64,000 nt of DNA from an uncultured Bacteroidales bacterium (GTDB lineage: Bacteria > Bacteroidota > Bacteroidia > Bacteroidales > UBA10428): contig CAVVXI010000004.1 in NCBI GenBank assembly GCA_963752195.1, positions 261,641-325,640 on the forward strand, given 5' to 3'. A program made the translations under genes and the position numbers. Positions 19,391 to 28,263 of this stretch are shown here, piece after piece; position 1 is the first letter of the stretch, and every line of letters starts with the position of its first letter. The notes beneath the pieces were generated by a model. The model had not been told where the DNA came from and did not search any database. It worked only from the letters and a program-made list of their open reading frames with translations.

Positions 19391-21364
19391 ATGATTTGTA
19401 AAACCCCATCCTTGTTATTAAAAGCCGTTTTAATCAGCTTCATGAGTTGTTCCCTTGTTCCGGTTATCCATGGGCAATCGGATACACTAACAGACAAATC
19501 CAAAGTAACTGAAATTGATAAGGTTGAAGTAACCGGTTATCGCAACCAATCTGTTTTCACCGATGGATCAAGGGTAGTTTCGGTTATCCCGGGCGATGAA
19601 TTGAAGAAAGCCGGCATTCAAAGTTTGCAGGATGTACTTGAATTCGCATCAAACATCGATGTGAGGCAACGCGGAGGATATGGCGTTCAGGCGGACGTAA
19701 CGATCAGGGGAGGGTCATTTGATCATGTAATGGTACTTATAAACGGGATCAATGTCAGCGATCCGCAAACCGGGCATGCCAGTATGGATCTTCCGATCGA
19801 TCCGGAAATGATTGAGCGTATTGAGATTCTTGAAGGTTCTGCAGCTCGTATTCTGGGGGCCGGTGCATTTACAGGAGCCATTAATGTGGTTACCCGGGGC
19901 GATAACTCCACCCAGGGCAGTGCCAGTCTGTTTATGGGTCAGTATGGCTTTCATCGTCTCAATCTGAATGCCATTATTAATAATTCCGGTTTCCGGCATA
20001 CACTTTCCTTTGGAGAGGCCTCATCGAAAGGATATATGGATGACACGGATTTCAAAATAAGAAATGGCTATTACAGGTTAAATTACGTGCGTGAGAATAC
20101 GGCAATTGATTTTCAGGCCGGAGTACAGGATAAGAAATTCGGGGCAGCCGGTTTTTACTCTCCCCGGTTTCCGAATCAGTATGAAGAAACCGGACTTTGG
20201 TTTGCCAGCCTGAGAGCATCCACAGGAAACAAGGTCAAGGTTTCCCCGTCTGTTTACTGGCGCCATCGCAGGGATCATTATTTGCTCGACAGGGATAACC
20301 CGTCCTTTTATGAAAATTTCCATCTTACGGATATTATTGGCAGTCAGTTTAATGTATCCTGGCGGATGCATAAAGTTTTGAATACGGTAGGTGTAGATGT
20401 CCGGTCGGAAAACATCATCAGCAACAACCTGGGTTTTGTTCGTCCCGATCCGGTACCGGTAAGAGGAACAGATAGTGCATTTTATACGAAGCAATATGGA
20501 AGGACAAACATCGCCTATTTCCAGGAACATGCATTCAATGCCGGCAACTTCAGGATATCCGGGGGGGTCATGATAAACTGGAATTCAGCATATCCCAATA
20601 AACCATCCGTGTTTCCCGGTCTGGATGTAAGCTACCGGCTGATTCCCGAAACCCGTATTTTCTTCAGTTTCAACAGGGCGTTGCACCTGCCGACCTTTAC
20701 CGATTTGTTCTACACGGATCCGGTAAACCAGGGAAATATCCATTTGAACCCAAACAGGATGATTTCCTATGAAGGAGGAATTAAATTTGACGGAAGGATA
20801 GCCGATGCCAATCTTGTTTTCTTTCAGAATACGGGAAAAGATATAATTGACTGGCTTTGGTCTTATGGCCAGAACCGGTTCAGTCCGGTTAACCTGGATC
20901 ACTTTCGTTCATTGGGATTGGAAACGGGATTATCTTTTCATTTTAATAATTCCGACGGATTGAATCCGGTTCAATCCCTCACAATAAATTACCTTTTTAT
21001 GGATATCGACAAATCCGTAAAAGATTCAGTTTCCAAGTACGATCATATTCGCAACAAGCTCTCAATTATAATGCGCCATCGTATTTACCGGAATATAGAG
21101 GCGATCTGGTTAGTAAGTTACCAAAACAGGGTGGGAGAGATGATCGCTTTCAATACATCTGAAAGTGCCTATTATTCAGAGCCGTATTCTCCATATTGGT
21201 TACTTGACGCAACGTTAAACTGGCATATGCGGCATATGGTGTTGTTTGCCACAGTTACCAATATTCTGGATACAGATTACACGGATGCCGGTTCGGTCAC
21301 ACAGCCCGGGCGATGGTTCAAGGCAGGATTAACATTGATGTTTGGAAAAAAAGAAGGAATGTAG
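19391..21364 (+). CDS. TonB-dependent receptor (plug + 22-strand barrel type)
   Basis: 657 aa. Signal peptide, plug motifs (VEVTGY, IRGG, NGINVSDP, IERIEILEGSAARILGAGA) and a C-terminal barrel. Confidence 0.85.
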   Translation: MICKTPSLLLKAVLISFMSCSLVPVIHGQSDTLTDKSKVTEIDKVEVTGYRNQSVFTDGSRVVSVIPGDELKKAGIQSLQDVLEFASNIDVRQRGGYGVQADVTIRGGSFDHVMVLINGINVSDPQTGHASMDLPIDPEMIERIEILEGSAARILGAGAFTGAINVVTRGDNSTQGSASLFMGQYGFHRLNLNAIINNSGFRHTLSFGEASSKGYMDDTDFKIRNGYYRLNYVRENTAIDFQAGVQDKKFGAAGFYSPRFPNQYEETGLWFASLRASTGNKVKVSPSVYWRHRRDHYLLDRDNPSFYENFHLTDIIGSQFNVSWRMHKVLNTVGVDVRSENIISNNLGFVRPDPVPVRGTDSAFYTKQYGRTNIAYFQEHAFNAGNFRISGGVMINWNSAYPNKPSVFPGLDVSYRLIPETRIFFSFNRALHLPTFTDLFYTDPVNQGNIHLNPNRMISYEGGIKFDGRIADANLVFFQNTGKDIIDWLWSYGQNRFSPVNLDHFRSLGLETGLSFHFNNSDGLNPVQSLTINYLFMDIDKSVKDSVSKYDHIRNKLSIIMRHRIYRNIEAIWLVSYQNRVGEMIAFNTSESAYYSEPYSPYWLLDATLNWHMRHMVLFATVTNILDTDYTDAGSVTQPGRWFKAGLTLMFGKKEGM

Positions 21365-21377
21365 GCAATGCCTTTGT

Positions 21378-21641
21378 TTACACTTCTTCCTTTACCTTCT
21401 TTGTAGAATGTGCCTTGATCACTCTAAGATTTCTTCCGGCCACTTCCTTTCCATCCAGGGTGCTGATGGCTTCCATAGCCTCTTTCTTATCTGGCATTTC
21501 AATAAAGCAGTAGCCTTTCGATTTGCCGGTGGGTTTGTCGCGGATGAGTTTGATTGTCTCAACCTTCCCCATAACTTCGAAGATCTTGCTTATATCTTCT
21601 TCACTTAAGGTGTAGCTGATATTGCCAACGTAAATTGTCAT
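21378..21641 (-). CDS. RNA-binding protein (RRM/RNP-1 type)
   Basis: 87 aa. RNP-2 IYVGNI and RNP-1 KGYCFIEM motifs. Confidence 0.88.
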   Translation of the reverse strand: MTIYVGNISYTLSEEDISKIFEVMGKVETIKLIRDKPTGKSKGYCFIEMPDKKEAMEAISTLDGKEVAGRNLRVIKAHSTKKVKEEV

Positions 21642-21731
21642 ACTTCATTTAAATTTATAGTGAATGCAGGATCTGACTGTCTTTGGATGTAAAACAAACG
21701 ACTATCTCTTTTGTTGAATAATTTTGTTTTG

Positions 21732-22313
21732 TTAAATATCATTCCAGTTCTCACCTCTTTTTATCCTGCTTATTTGCATTTCGGAAACTTTAAATGTGCG
21801 GGCCAGCACGGCACCGGGAACGCCCATATTGAGCTGGTGCTTGATGATGCGCACATCTGCAATGTTTAACTTGGTATAGTGCCTGGGATCGGGAGCTTCG
21901 TAGGCAGCGCCTAAAAATTCCTTCCAGCCATTCCATTCTTCATAAAAATATTCAGGACGTGCCGGCATATTGGCCGGGCGCTCTTTCCAATGCAGGTACT
22001 CTTTTGAGTTTTTAATACCCGATTCCCGTGAAACACGCGATGCATCTTTGTAAACAAGGTAGTGACGGGATTTTTTCTGTTCAGGGTAACCCAGGAAATC
22101 TCTCCATCCTTTCCAGGTTCCTTTTCGCATGAAATATTCATCAGGTATCCTTGGAAACTTACGGGGAAGGGGCTTTTTATTCCGCTTATAGGCATCAAAT
22201 TTTCGGGCTGAATTTACACCCTGGTGAACCAGATTTTCGATCGCGTATTTACGGGCCAGGGTATATGACCATTTCAGTATATTATCCCAATCACTGATCT
22301 CTATCTTTTTCAT
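21732..22313 (-). CDS. Hypothetical protein with two W-x-GW-x-x-FLG repeats and a phage/homing-endonuclease-like C-terminal HTH
   Basis: Repeat 1: PDEYFMRKGTWKGWRDFLGY. Repeat 2: PEYFYEEWNGWKEFLGA. The tail KLNIADVRIIKHQLNMGVPGAVLARTFKVSEMQISRIKRGENW resembles the HTH found at the C-terminus of phage HNH/AP2 proteins. Confidence 0.5.
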   Translation of the reverse strand: MKKIEISDWDNILKWSYTLARKYAIENLVHQGVNSARKFDAYKRNKKPLPRKFPRIPDEYFMRKGTWKGWRDFLGYPEQKKSRHYLVYKDASRVSRESGIKNSKEYLHWKERPANMPARPEYFYEEWNGWKEFLGAAYEAPDPRHYTKLNIADVRIIKHQLNMGVPGAVLARTFKVSEMQISRIKRGENWNDI

Positions 22314-22373
22314 TGCTCTTGGTTAATTTCTGTAAATGTAATAACCAAGTATTGGCGAAAAAGTTATGAATTG

Positions 22374-23339
22374 TCAGTCAGAGTCTTCCTCCTCATGGTC
22401 ATCATCCAGAAAGGTCGCCTTTACAATGATGGGGTCTGAAGCAGGAAGTCCCTGTCCCTGGGAGTGCTCCCCATTTTTACCGATTATTTCCCAGAGTTTT
22501 ATATCGGGATATCTTACAGAAAGCAGAAGGGCCATCATGGAAAACACTTTTGGCCCTTGCGGTATGATCATTACTTCCTGATTTATGCGATGATCAAGGC
22601 AGCAGGAGGTTAATAATGAATTAATAACTTCCGGATGGTTCATGTCATACCTGAAAATATGATTCGGATTCATTTTTTCGAGGAGTGACTTATTATTCTC
22701 TGCAACCGAATGCGTGTAATCGGGGTCTGACATTGCCTCGGGCATAAAAGCCAGGATATTGAGCGGCTTTATCTTTGAAATGGCCTCATTTAGTAATTTC
22801 ACATTGTTATCGAGTCCTGCAATGACAGTGACAGGCTTTTTCCGGTTAAGATTGTCTTTTTCATGAATAATGGGACCAAAATATTCAGTGTCTTTTATCT
22901 TTTTGGTTTGTTCAAATACTTTGGGTGTGTAGGATAAGAACAGGTTTATTTTTTTTGATTGAAAATTATTTCGGGTAATATTGTCCATGATTACGGCATA
23001 CCATTTTTTAGGCATGCAGGAGTAATCAATCAGTATATTCAGTTTTTCCATGTTCTTATTGCAGATATCGCCGACAAGCCCTTCAATAGCCGTTGATTCG
23101 GTTACCGTTCCAGTATATGTTTTGAACCCATTGGAGTCAAAAAAGTCCATATGCTTGCTGCGATCCATGCAATTATCCTGTTCATCAATTTTAAGCAGGA
23201 ATTTAGTCTCTGCTTTCATGGCCAGCTTGGATGCCAGGAATTTACATCGGGGCTGATAGCCACATACTGCAATAAAATAGTCAAATTGCTCATAGCGTAG
23301 TTCATCGTAAGCGAGTTCGCTGATGTGCGTAAGTTCCAT
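22374..23339 (-). CDS. Uncharacterized 321-aa cytoplasmic alpha/beta protein, tightly linked to the cyclase gene
   Basis: Strong ORF whose ATG is 8 nt after the cyclase stop. No TM segments and no motif I can assign. Alternating beta-alpha pattern and an acidic tail DDDHEEEDSD. Confidence 0.6.
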   Translation of the reverse strand: MELTHISELAYDELRYEQFDYFIAVCGYQPRCKFLASKLAMKAETKFLLKIDEQDNCMDRSKHMDFFDSNGFKTYTGTVTESTAIEGLVGDICNKNMEKLNILIDYSCMPKKWYAVIMDNITRNNFQSKKINLFLSYTPKVFEQTKKIKDTEYFGPIIHEKDNLNRKKPVTVIAGLDNNVKLLNEAISKIKPLNILAFMPEAMSDPDYTHSVAENNKSLLEKMNPNHIFRYDMNHPEVINSLLTSCCLDHRINQEVMIIPQGPKVFSMMALLLSVRYPDIKLWEIIGKNGEHSQGQGLPASDPIIVKATFLDDDHEEEDSD

Positions 23340-23347
23340 TATTTTTG

Positions 23348-24973
23348 CTACAGTTTATTTACTTTGTTAACCATCAAGTCGTTAGGAAGTATGCCAAATT
23401 TATCAGAAGAATATTCAGGTTTTATCCTGTTTACAAAATACATATCGATTTTACCAAGATTTTTTGTTTCGATTTTGCCACGGTAATCGCAATCAAAAAA
23501 ATCCTTAATATACTCATATGTAGCACCTGAAATATTTACCCAGCCAACATGCCCGCTCTGTTCCATGCGGCTGGCAATATTTACTGTATCTCCCCAGATG
23601 TCATAGGCAAAACGCTTCTTTCCCACTACCCCTGCTACCACAGGTCCGGAATGAATACCAAGCCTGAGTTCCCAGACCGGCAAATTATTTAAAACCTTGG
23701 AATCATTTAACGTATTCATGTAGTACTGAATTTCAAGGCCCGCCAGTACTGCGTCAATGGGATTGCTCTTATTGCTGAGGGGCAGTCCGCCGGCACACAT
23801 ATAGGCATCACCGATGGTTTTTATTTTTTCAATATAATGGGCACCGGTTATTTCATCAAATTTAGCAAAATAGGAATCGAGTATGCTGACAAGATCTTTT
23901 GGATCCAGCGTTTTACTGATGTTTGAGAAACCTTTGAAATCCGTAAAAAGTACCGATACAAGTTTATACTGGCGCGTGCCGGCCCTTCCTTTCGATTTTA
24001 ATTGCTTGGCAACTTCGAAAGGCAATATGTTGAGCAATAGCTTTTCCGATTTCTCCTGTTCCTCTTCAATAATCATTTTTTGCTGGTTGATCTCTCCTTT
24101 TTGGACCTCCAGCTGCGCATTTGCTTTTTCAAGATGGCGGGTGATTTCCTTCATCCTCTTATACTGGGCATTCAACTCTTCTTCTTTAATTTTGAACGGA
24201 GAAATGTCAACCTCCACGGCAACCAGTTTTTCAATTATGCCGGAGGCGTTAAGCCGGGGAGTTATAAAGATTTGCAGCCATCTGTTGTCCCCATTCCTCA
24301 GTCCAACACGGGTAGTGCATTCAATTGATTTTTTTTCTTTCAGGCATTTATAGAACAAACTGGCGATCTCAGAACCCGGTGATAGTCCAAATATTGTTTT
24401 GCCATGCGTGGCACGGTATTCTTCGAGACTATATCCGTGCAGACGTTCAAAACCATCGTTCACCCATTCTATTTCACCGGAAGGGTTAATGAGGATGTAT
24501 GCAAAAGAAGCATGGGAAGAGGTAGTTAACAGATTTTCAATTTTCAGAATATCTTCTTTAACATGCTGTATTTTTTTATCTATATTCCGGTAGGAATCCA
24601 CAACTTCTATGGCCTTTTTTAGCCGGCAATCGAATTCATTGGCAATAATGGGTTTAATGATAAAATCAAACGCGCCGGCATTGCATAAATCATCAACAAG
24701 ACTTTGTGTTTGAAACGAAGTGAATACAATAACCGGTACTCTTTTCCCGGTTTGCTTTTCATGGAATAGTTTAAGAAAGGCATATGAATCCGGGTCGTCT
24801 GCATTAATATCCAATAATACAAGATCAGGCTGATTGCCGTCCTCCTGTATTTTTTCTCCCGTCAAATCCTCAGTCCGGGTGATTTGGAAACAGTATGCAG
24901 ATTGGTTCAGCATTTCCGTAATCAATTCACTGTTTTCGGAATTGCTGCTGATTAAAACTACTTTATAATCCAT
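23348..24973 (-). CDS. Receiver(atypical)-PAS-coiled coil-class III adenylate cyclase
   Basis: 541 aa. REC fold with D (LVLLD), T (VFTS) and K (IIKP) present, but the acidic pair is replaced (VVLISSNSE). PAS region (ILINPSGEIEWVNDGFERLHGYSLEEY). Cyclase motifs FTDFKGF, KTIGDAYM, YDIWGDTVNIASRME. Confidence 0.88.
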   Translation of the reverse strand: MDYKVVLISSNSENSELITEMLNQSAYCFQITRTEDLTGEKIQEDGNQPDLVLLDINADDPDSYAFLKLFHEKQTGKRVPVIVFTSFQTQSLVDDLCNAGAFDFIIKPIIANEFDCRLKKAIEVVDSYRNIDKKIQHVKEDILKIENLLTTSSHASFAYILINPSGEIEWVNDGFERLHGYSLEEYRATHGKTIFGLSPGSEIASLFYKCLKEKKSIECTTRVGLRNGDNRWLQIFITPRLNASGIIEKLVAVEVDISPFKIKEEELNAQYKRMKEITRHLEKANAQLEVQKGEINQQKMIIEEEQEKSEKLLLNILPFEVAKQLKSKGRAGTRQYKLVSVLFTDFKGFSNISKTLDPKDLVSILDSYFAKFDEITGAHYIEKIKTIGDAYMCAGGLPLSNKSNPIDAVLAGLEIQYYMNTLNDSKVLNNLPVWELRLGIHSGPVVAGVVGKKRFAYDIWGDTVNIASRMEQSGHVGWVNISGATYEYIKDFFDCDYRGKIETKNLGKIDMYFVNRIKPEYSSDKFGILPNDLMVNKVNKL

Positions 24974-25035
24974 GGATGCACAATGCCATAAGGAATGAGC
25001 GTTTTATATTCATTGGTTAAACGGATTAATGCTGA

Positions 25036-25043
25036 CAAAGTTA
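25036..25043 (-). promoter_or_regulatory. Candidate -7 box (TAACTTTG on the minus strand) for the cyclase operon
   Basis: TAnnTTTG match ~63 nt upstream of the cyclase ATG and downstream of the rocD terminator. Confidence 0.3.
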
Positions 25044-25064
25044 TATTGAATTGAAAAGCAGCGC

Positions 25065-25097
25065 ATAAAAAAACCCGGCCTCAGCGACCGGGTTTTC
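25065..25097 (-). terminator. Rho-independent terminator after rocD
   Basis: On the minus strand: AACCCGG-tcgctgagg-CCGGGTT followed by a T-tract. Confidence 0.75.
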
Positions 25098-25111
25098 ATT
25101 TTCATGCATAA

Positions 25112-26338
25112 TTAGTGAAATTGCGTAAGTGTTTCCTTGATGATATCAATTGCTTCAAACAGCTGGTCCTCAGTGATTACAAGGGGAGGTGCAAAGCGGA
25201 TAATGTGATCATGCGTAGGTTTCGCAAGCAATCCGTTTTCCTTGAGTGCCAGGCAAACATCCCATGCGGTTTTTCCATTTTGGGGTTTTATTACGATGGC
25301 ATTGAGCAATCCTTTGCCACGCACAACTTCTACCATTTCGTGTTCTCTTTCAAAAGTCTTCAGTTCTTCGCGGAATATGTTGCCCAGCCGTTCAGCATTT
25401 TCTGCCAGTTTTTCTTCAATCAGCACTTTTAATGCAGCAATTCCTACTTTAGCAGCCAACGGGTTGCCTCCAAAGGTTGATCCATGTTCGCCCGGCTTGA
25501 TACACAACATAATATCGTTGGCGGCAAGAACGGCAGAAATGGGAAGTACGCCACCGGAAAGGGCTTTACCGAGAATGAGGATATCCGGATGTACACTTTC
25601 ATGGTCACAGGCCAGCATTTTGCCTGTACGTGCCAGTCCCGTCTGAACCTCATCTGCAATAAACAGTACATTCTTCTTTCGGCAAAGCTCCCATGCTGTT
25701 TTCAGATAACCGCTGTCGGGGACATACACACCTGCCTCGCCCTGGATAGGCTCTACAAGGAATCCGGCCACATTGGGATCTTCAAGTGCCTTTTCAAGCG
25801 CTTTGGTATCATTGTAGGGGATAATCACAAATCCAGGGGTGAAGGGGCCGAATCCTTTAAAAGAGGACGGGTCAGTGGACATGGTAACGATTGTAATGGT
25901 CCTGCCATGAAAGTTGTTCTCGCAAACGATAATCTTTGCTTCATTTTCAGCAATTCCTTTCTTTTCGTATGCCCATTTCCGGCATAATTTCAGTGCAGTT
26001 TCAACTGCCTCCGCACCCGTGTTCATCGGCAACAGCTTATCATAACCCAGTAATTCGGCAGTATATTTTTCAAACTTGCCCAGGCAATCATTATAGAATG
26101 CCCTGGAAGTAAGTGTTAATTTTTTGGCCTGCTTTTTTAGTGCCTTAATAATTTTTGGATGGCAGTGACCCTGATTTACAGCAGAGTAGGCTGAAAGAAA
26201 GTCATAGTATTTTTTGCCTTCAGTATCCCAGACAAAAACTCCCTTTCCCTTTTTTAATACAACAGGGAGTGGATGATAATTATGAGCTCCGAATTCGTGT
26301 TCAAGATTTATATAATCCTGGTTTGTAAGTGTTGTCAT
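25112..26338 (-). CDS. rocD: Ornithine--oxo-acid aminotransferase
   Basis: 408 aa. Class III aminotransferase motifs ([29 protein letters not shown]) with OAT-like overall sequence. Confidence 0.85.
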   Translation of the reverse strand: MTTLTNQDYINLEHEFGAHNYHPLPVVLKKGKGVFVWDTEGKKYYDFLSAYSAVNQGHCHPKIIKALKKQAKKLTLTSRAFYNDCLGKFEKYTAELLGYDKLLPMNTGAEAVETALKLCRKWAYEKKGIAENEAKIIVCENNFHGRTITIVTMSTDPSSFKGFGPFTPGFVIIPYNDTKALEKALEDPNVAGFLVEPIQGEAGVYVPDSGYLKTAWELCRKKNVLFIADEVQTGLARTGKMLACDHESVHPDILILGKALSGGVLPISAVLAANDIMLCIKPGEHGSTFGGNPLAAKVGIAALKVLIEEKLAENAERLGNIFREELKTFEREHEMVEVVRGKGLLNAIVIKPQNGKTAWDVCLALKENGLLAKPTHDHIIRFAPPLVITEDQLFEAIDIIKETLTQFH

Positions 26339-26526
26339 ATTTCTATCTCTTTACATATAATTAAACAAAAATACAGAATTTATTTACGCAAGTTTTGAAT
26401 TATTATTCAAAAATAATATGACAAATAGCAGTGTTGAAAGATAAATAATACTATTTATAGTAGCTGGCGTTTTGCAAATAAATTAAACATTTTTTCATAA
26501 ATAGTTGATTATATCATTTCACCGCT

Positions 26527-26534
26527 TATTTTTG
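26527..26534 (+). promoter_or_regulatory. Candidate -7 promoter box TATTTTTG
   Basis: TAnnTTTG match 32 nt upstream of the ATG at 26566. Confidence 0.3.
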
Positions 26535-26565
26535 AATAAAATTATAAACTAACTCAACAACGCAA

Positions 26566-28029
26566 ATGGAACAAAACGCGATGCCTGTGGTGAAATTCTT
26601 TAATGGTAAGAATATACCGGTTGAACTTCACAAAGTGAGGGTAGTACAAAAACTGCACCTGAAAAAAATCGAAGATAGATTTAAAGCCATTGAAGAAGCC
26701 GGATACAATACTTTTCTTCTGAATACAAAGGACATTTTTCTGGATATGCTTACCGATTCCGGGACAAATGCCATGAGCGACAACCAGATTGCTTCCATGA
26801 TGCAGGCGGATGATGCATATGCCGGATCACAGAGTTACTACAGGATGGAGGCTGCCTTGCGGGATGTTTTTGGAAAACATTACATTTTGCCTGCTCATCA
26901 GGGCAGGGCAGCAGAAAATATTATTTCACAGACCTTTATCACGAAAGGCGATGTAATTCCCATGAACTATCATTTTACGACCACCAAGGCCCATATGGAA
27001 CTTAACGGGGGCACCGTTCTTGAAATCTACACGGATGAAGCCCTTCAAATTAAAAGCTCAAATCCATTTAAAGGAAATATCGACATTGAAAAACTAAAAA
27101 AGGTAGTGAAGGATTATGGCAAGGATCATGTTCCGTTTATTCGTATGGAGGCTTCTACCAACCTTATCGGCGGCCAGCCCTTCTCAATAAAAAATATGCG
27201 TGAGGTAAAGGCGGTTGCTGATGCGCATGGGATCATTATTATTTTGGATGCCAGTCTCATTGGCGAAAATGCCTATTTTGTAAAAATGCGCGAGGATGAA
27301 TTTAAAAACAGTACTGTTAAAGACATCCTGCGCGAAATGTGCGGGCTGGCCGATATTGTTTATTTTTCAAGCAGGAAGGTGAGTTCCACCCGCGGTGGTG
27401 GCATCTGCACCGACAACAAGGACCTTTATATGAAAATGAGGGACCTGGTTCCCTTATATGAGGGATTTTTGACCTATGGTGGTATGTCAACCCGCGAAAT
27501 CGAAGCCATGGCCGTAGGCTTGTATGAAACCTGCGATGATACGGTTATCAGTCAATCCCCTTCATTTATAGCTTATGCCGTCAATGAGCTCGACTCAATG
27601 GGGATTCCTGTTGTTACACCTCCTGGTGCTCTCGGATGCCATATTGATGCAATGTCGTTTCTCTCCCATGTTCCACAATCGGAATATCCTGCAGGTGCCC
27701 TCGCTGCTGCCTTATTTATTGCTTCCGGTTGCCGTGGAATGGAACGCGGTACCATTTCAAGTGTAAGGGATGAAAATGGGAACGATGTACTTGCAGATGT
27801 GGAGTTGTTGAGGCTTGCCTTTCCGAGACGGGTATTCACCTTGTCACAAACCATGTTCATGATCGACCGTGTAAACTGGCTGTATCAGAACCGTAAACTT
27901 ATAGGTGGACTGACATTTACGGAAGAACCCGCAGTTCTCCGGTTCTTTATGGGAAGACTTAAGCCCACCAGCGATTGGACTACAAAGCTGATAAAGAAGT
28001 ATAAGGAAGATTTCGGGGATTCCCTGTAG
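26566..28029 (+). CDS. Beta-eliminating lyase family protein (tryptophanase / tyrosine phenol-lyase-like)
   Basis: 487 aa. N-terminal region (FLDMLTDSGTNAMSDNQ...DDAYAGSQSY...HQGRAAENI) is typical of TnaA/TPL PLP enzymes. Substrate cannot be assigned by eye. Confidence 0.72.
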   Translation: MEQNAMPVVKFFNGKNIPVELHKVRVVQKLHLKKIEDRFKAIEEAGYNTFLLNTKDIFLDMLTDSGTNAMSDNQIASMMQADDAYAGSQSYYRMEAALRDVFGKHYILPAHQGRAAENIISQTFITKGDVIPMNYHFTTTKAHMELNGGTVLEIYTDEALQIKSSNPFKGNIDIEKLKKVVKDYGKDHVPFIRMEASTNLIGGQPFSIKNMREVKAVADAHGIIIILDASLIGENAYFVKMREDEFKNSTVKDILREMCGLADIVYFSSRKVSSTRGGGICTDNKDLYMKMRDLVPLYEGFLTYGGMSTREIEAMAVGLYETCDDTVISQSPSFIAYAVNELDSMGIPVVTPPGALGCHIDAMSFLSHVPQSEYPAGALAAALFIASGCRGMERGTISSVRDENGNDVLADVELLRLAFPRRVFTLSQTMFMIDRVNWLYQNRKLIGGLTFTEEPAVLRFFMGRLKPTSDWTTKLIKKYKEDFGDSL

Positions 28030-28030
28030 A

Positions 28031-28058
28031 AGCGACGAGTGACGAGGGACTAGTGACC
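28031..28058 (+). repeat. Degenerate heptad repeat (AGCGACG AGTGACG AGGGACT AGTGACC)
   Basis: Read directly, starting 2 nt after the tnaA-like stop. Related to the GGGACG heptad family and inverted relative to 28236-28263. Confidence 0.85.
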
Positions 28059-28092
28059 AGGTTGATAAGTCTTCGAAATTCGATATTCAGTG

Positions 28093-28138
28093 TTCCTTGT
28101 TCGGTGTAATTTAACGTAAAATAATACCGAACAAGGAA
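28093..28138. repeat. Hairpin with perfect 13-bp stem (TTCCTTGTTCGGT / ACCGAACAAGGAA), 20-nt loop
   Basis: Read directly. Confidence 0.9.
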
Positions 28139-28168
28139 TATCCAACATCGAACTCCGTACATTCCTAA

Positions 28169-28236
28169 CTGCAAAACTGCAAAACTGCAAAACTGCAAAA
28201 CTGCAAAACTGCAAAACTGCAAAACTGCAAAACTGC
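28169..28236 (+). repeat. Octamer tandem repeat (CTGCAAAA) x8.5
   Basis: Eight perfect units plus CTGC. Confidence 0.95.
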
Positions 28237-28263
28237 CTTGTCCCTTGTCCCTCGTCACTCGTC
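28236..28263 (-). repeat. Heptad repeat, reverse orientation (minus strand GACGAGT GACGAGG GACAAGG GACAAGG)
   Basis: Plus strand reads ccttgtc ccttgtc cctcgtc actcgtc. Overlaps the last codons and stop of the ADH gene. Confidence 0.9.

Noticed and set aside
22318-22349. Hairpin CTTGGTTA-(16 nt)-TAACCAAG between the 321-aa gene and the phage-like gene, considered as a terminator.
   Set aside because: The stem is only 8 bp and AT-rich with a large loop, and no U-tract follows on the minus strand. That is insufficient to call a terminator, so operon boundaries remain open.
23348-24973. Calling the cyclase a Pycsar/CBASS-type anti-phage nucleotide cyclase.
   Set aside because: The specificity residues are the purine (adenine) Lys/Asp pair, and the protein carries REC and PAS sensory domains typical of signalling cyclases. 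The neighbour shows no recognisable TIR, TM, nuclease or cNMP-binding effector motif. A defence role cannot be supported from sequence alone.
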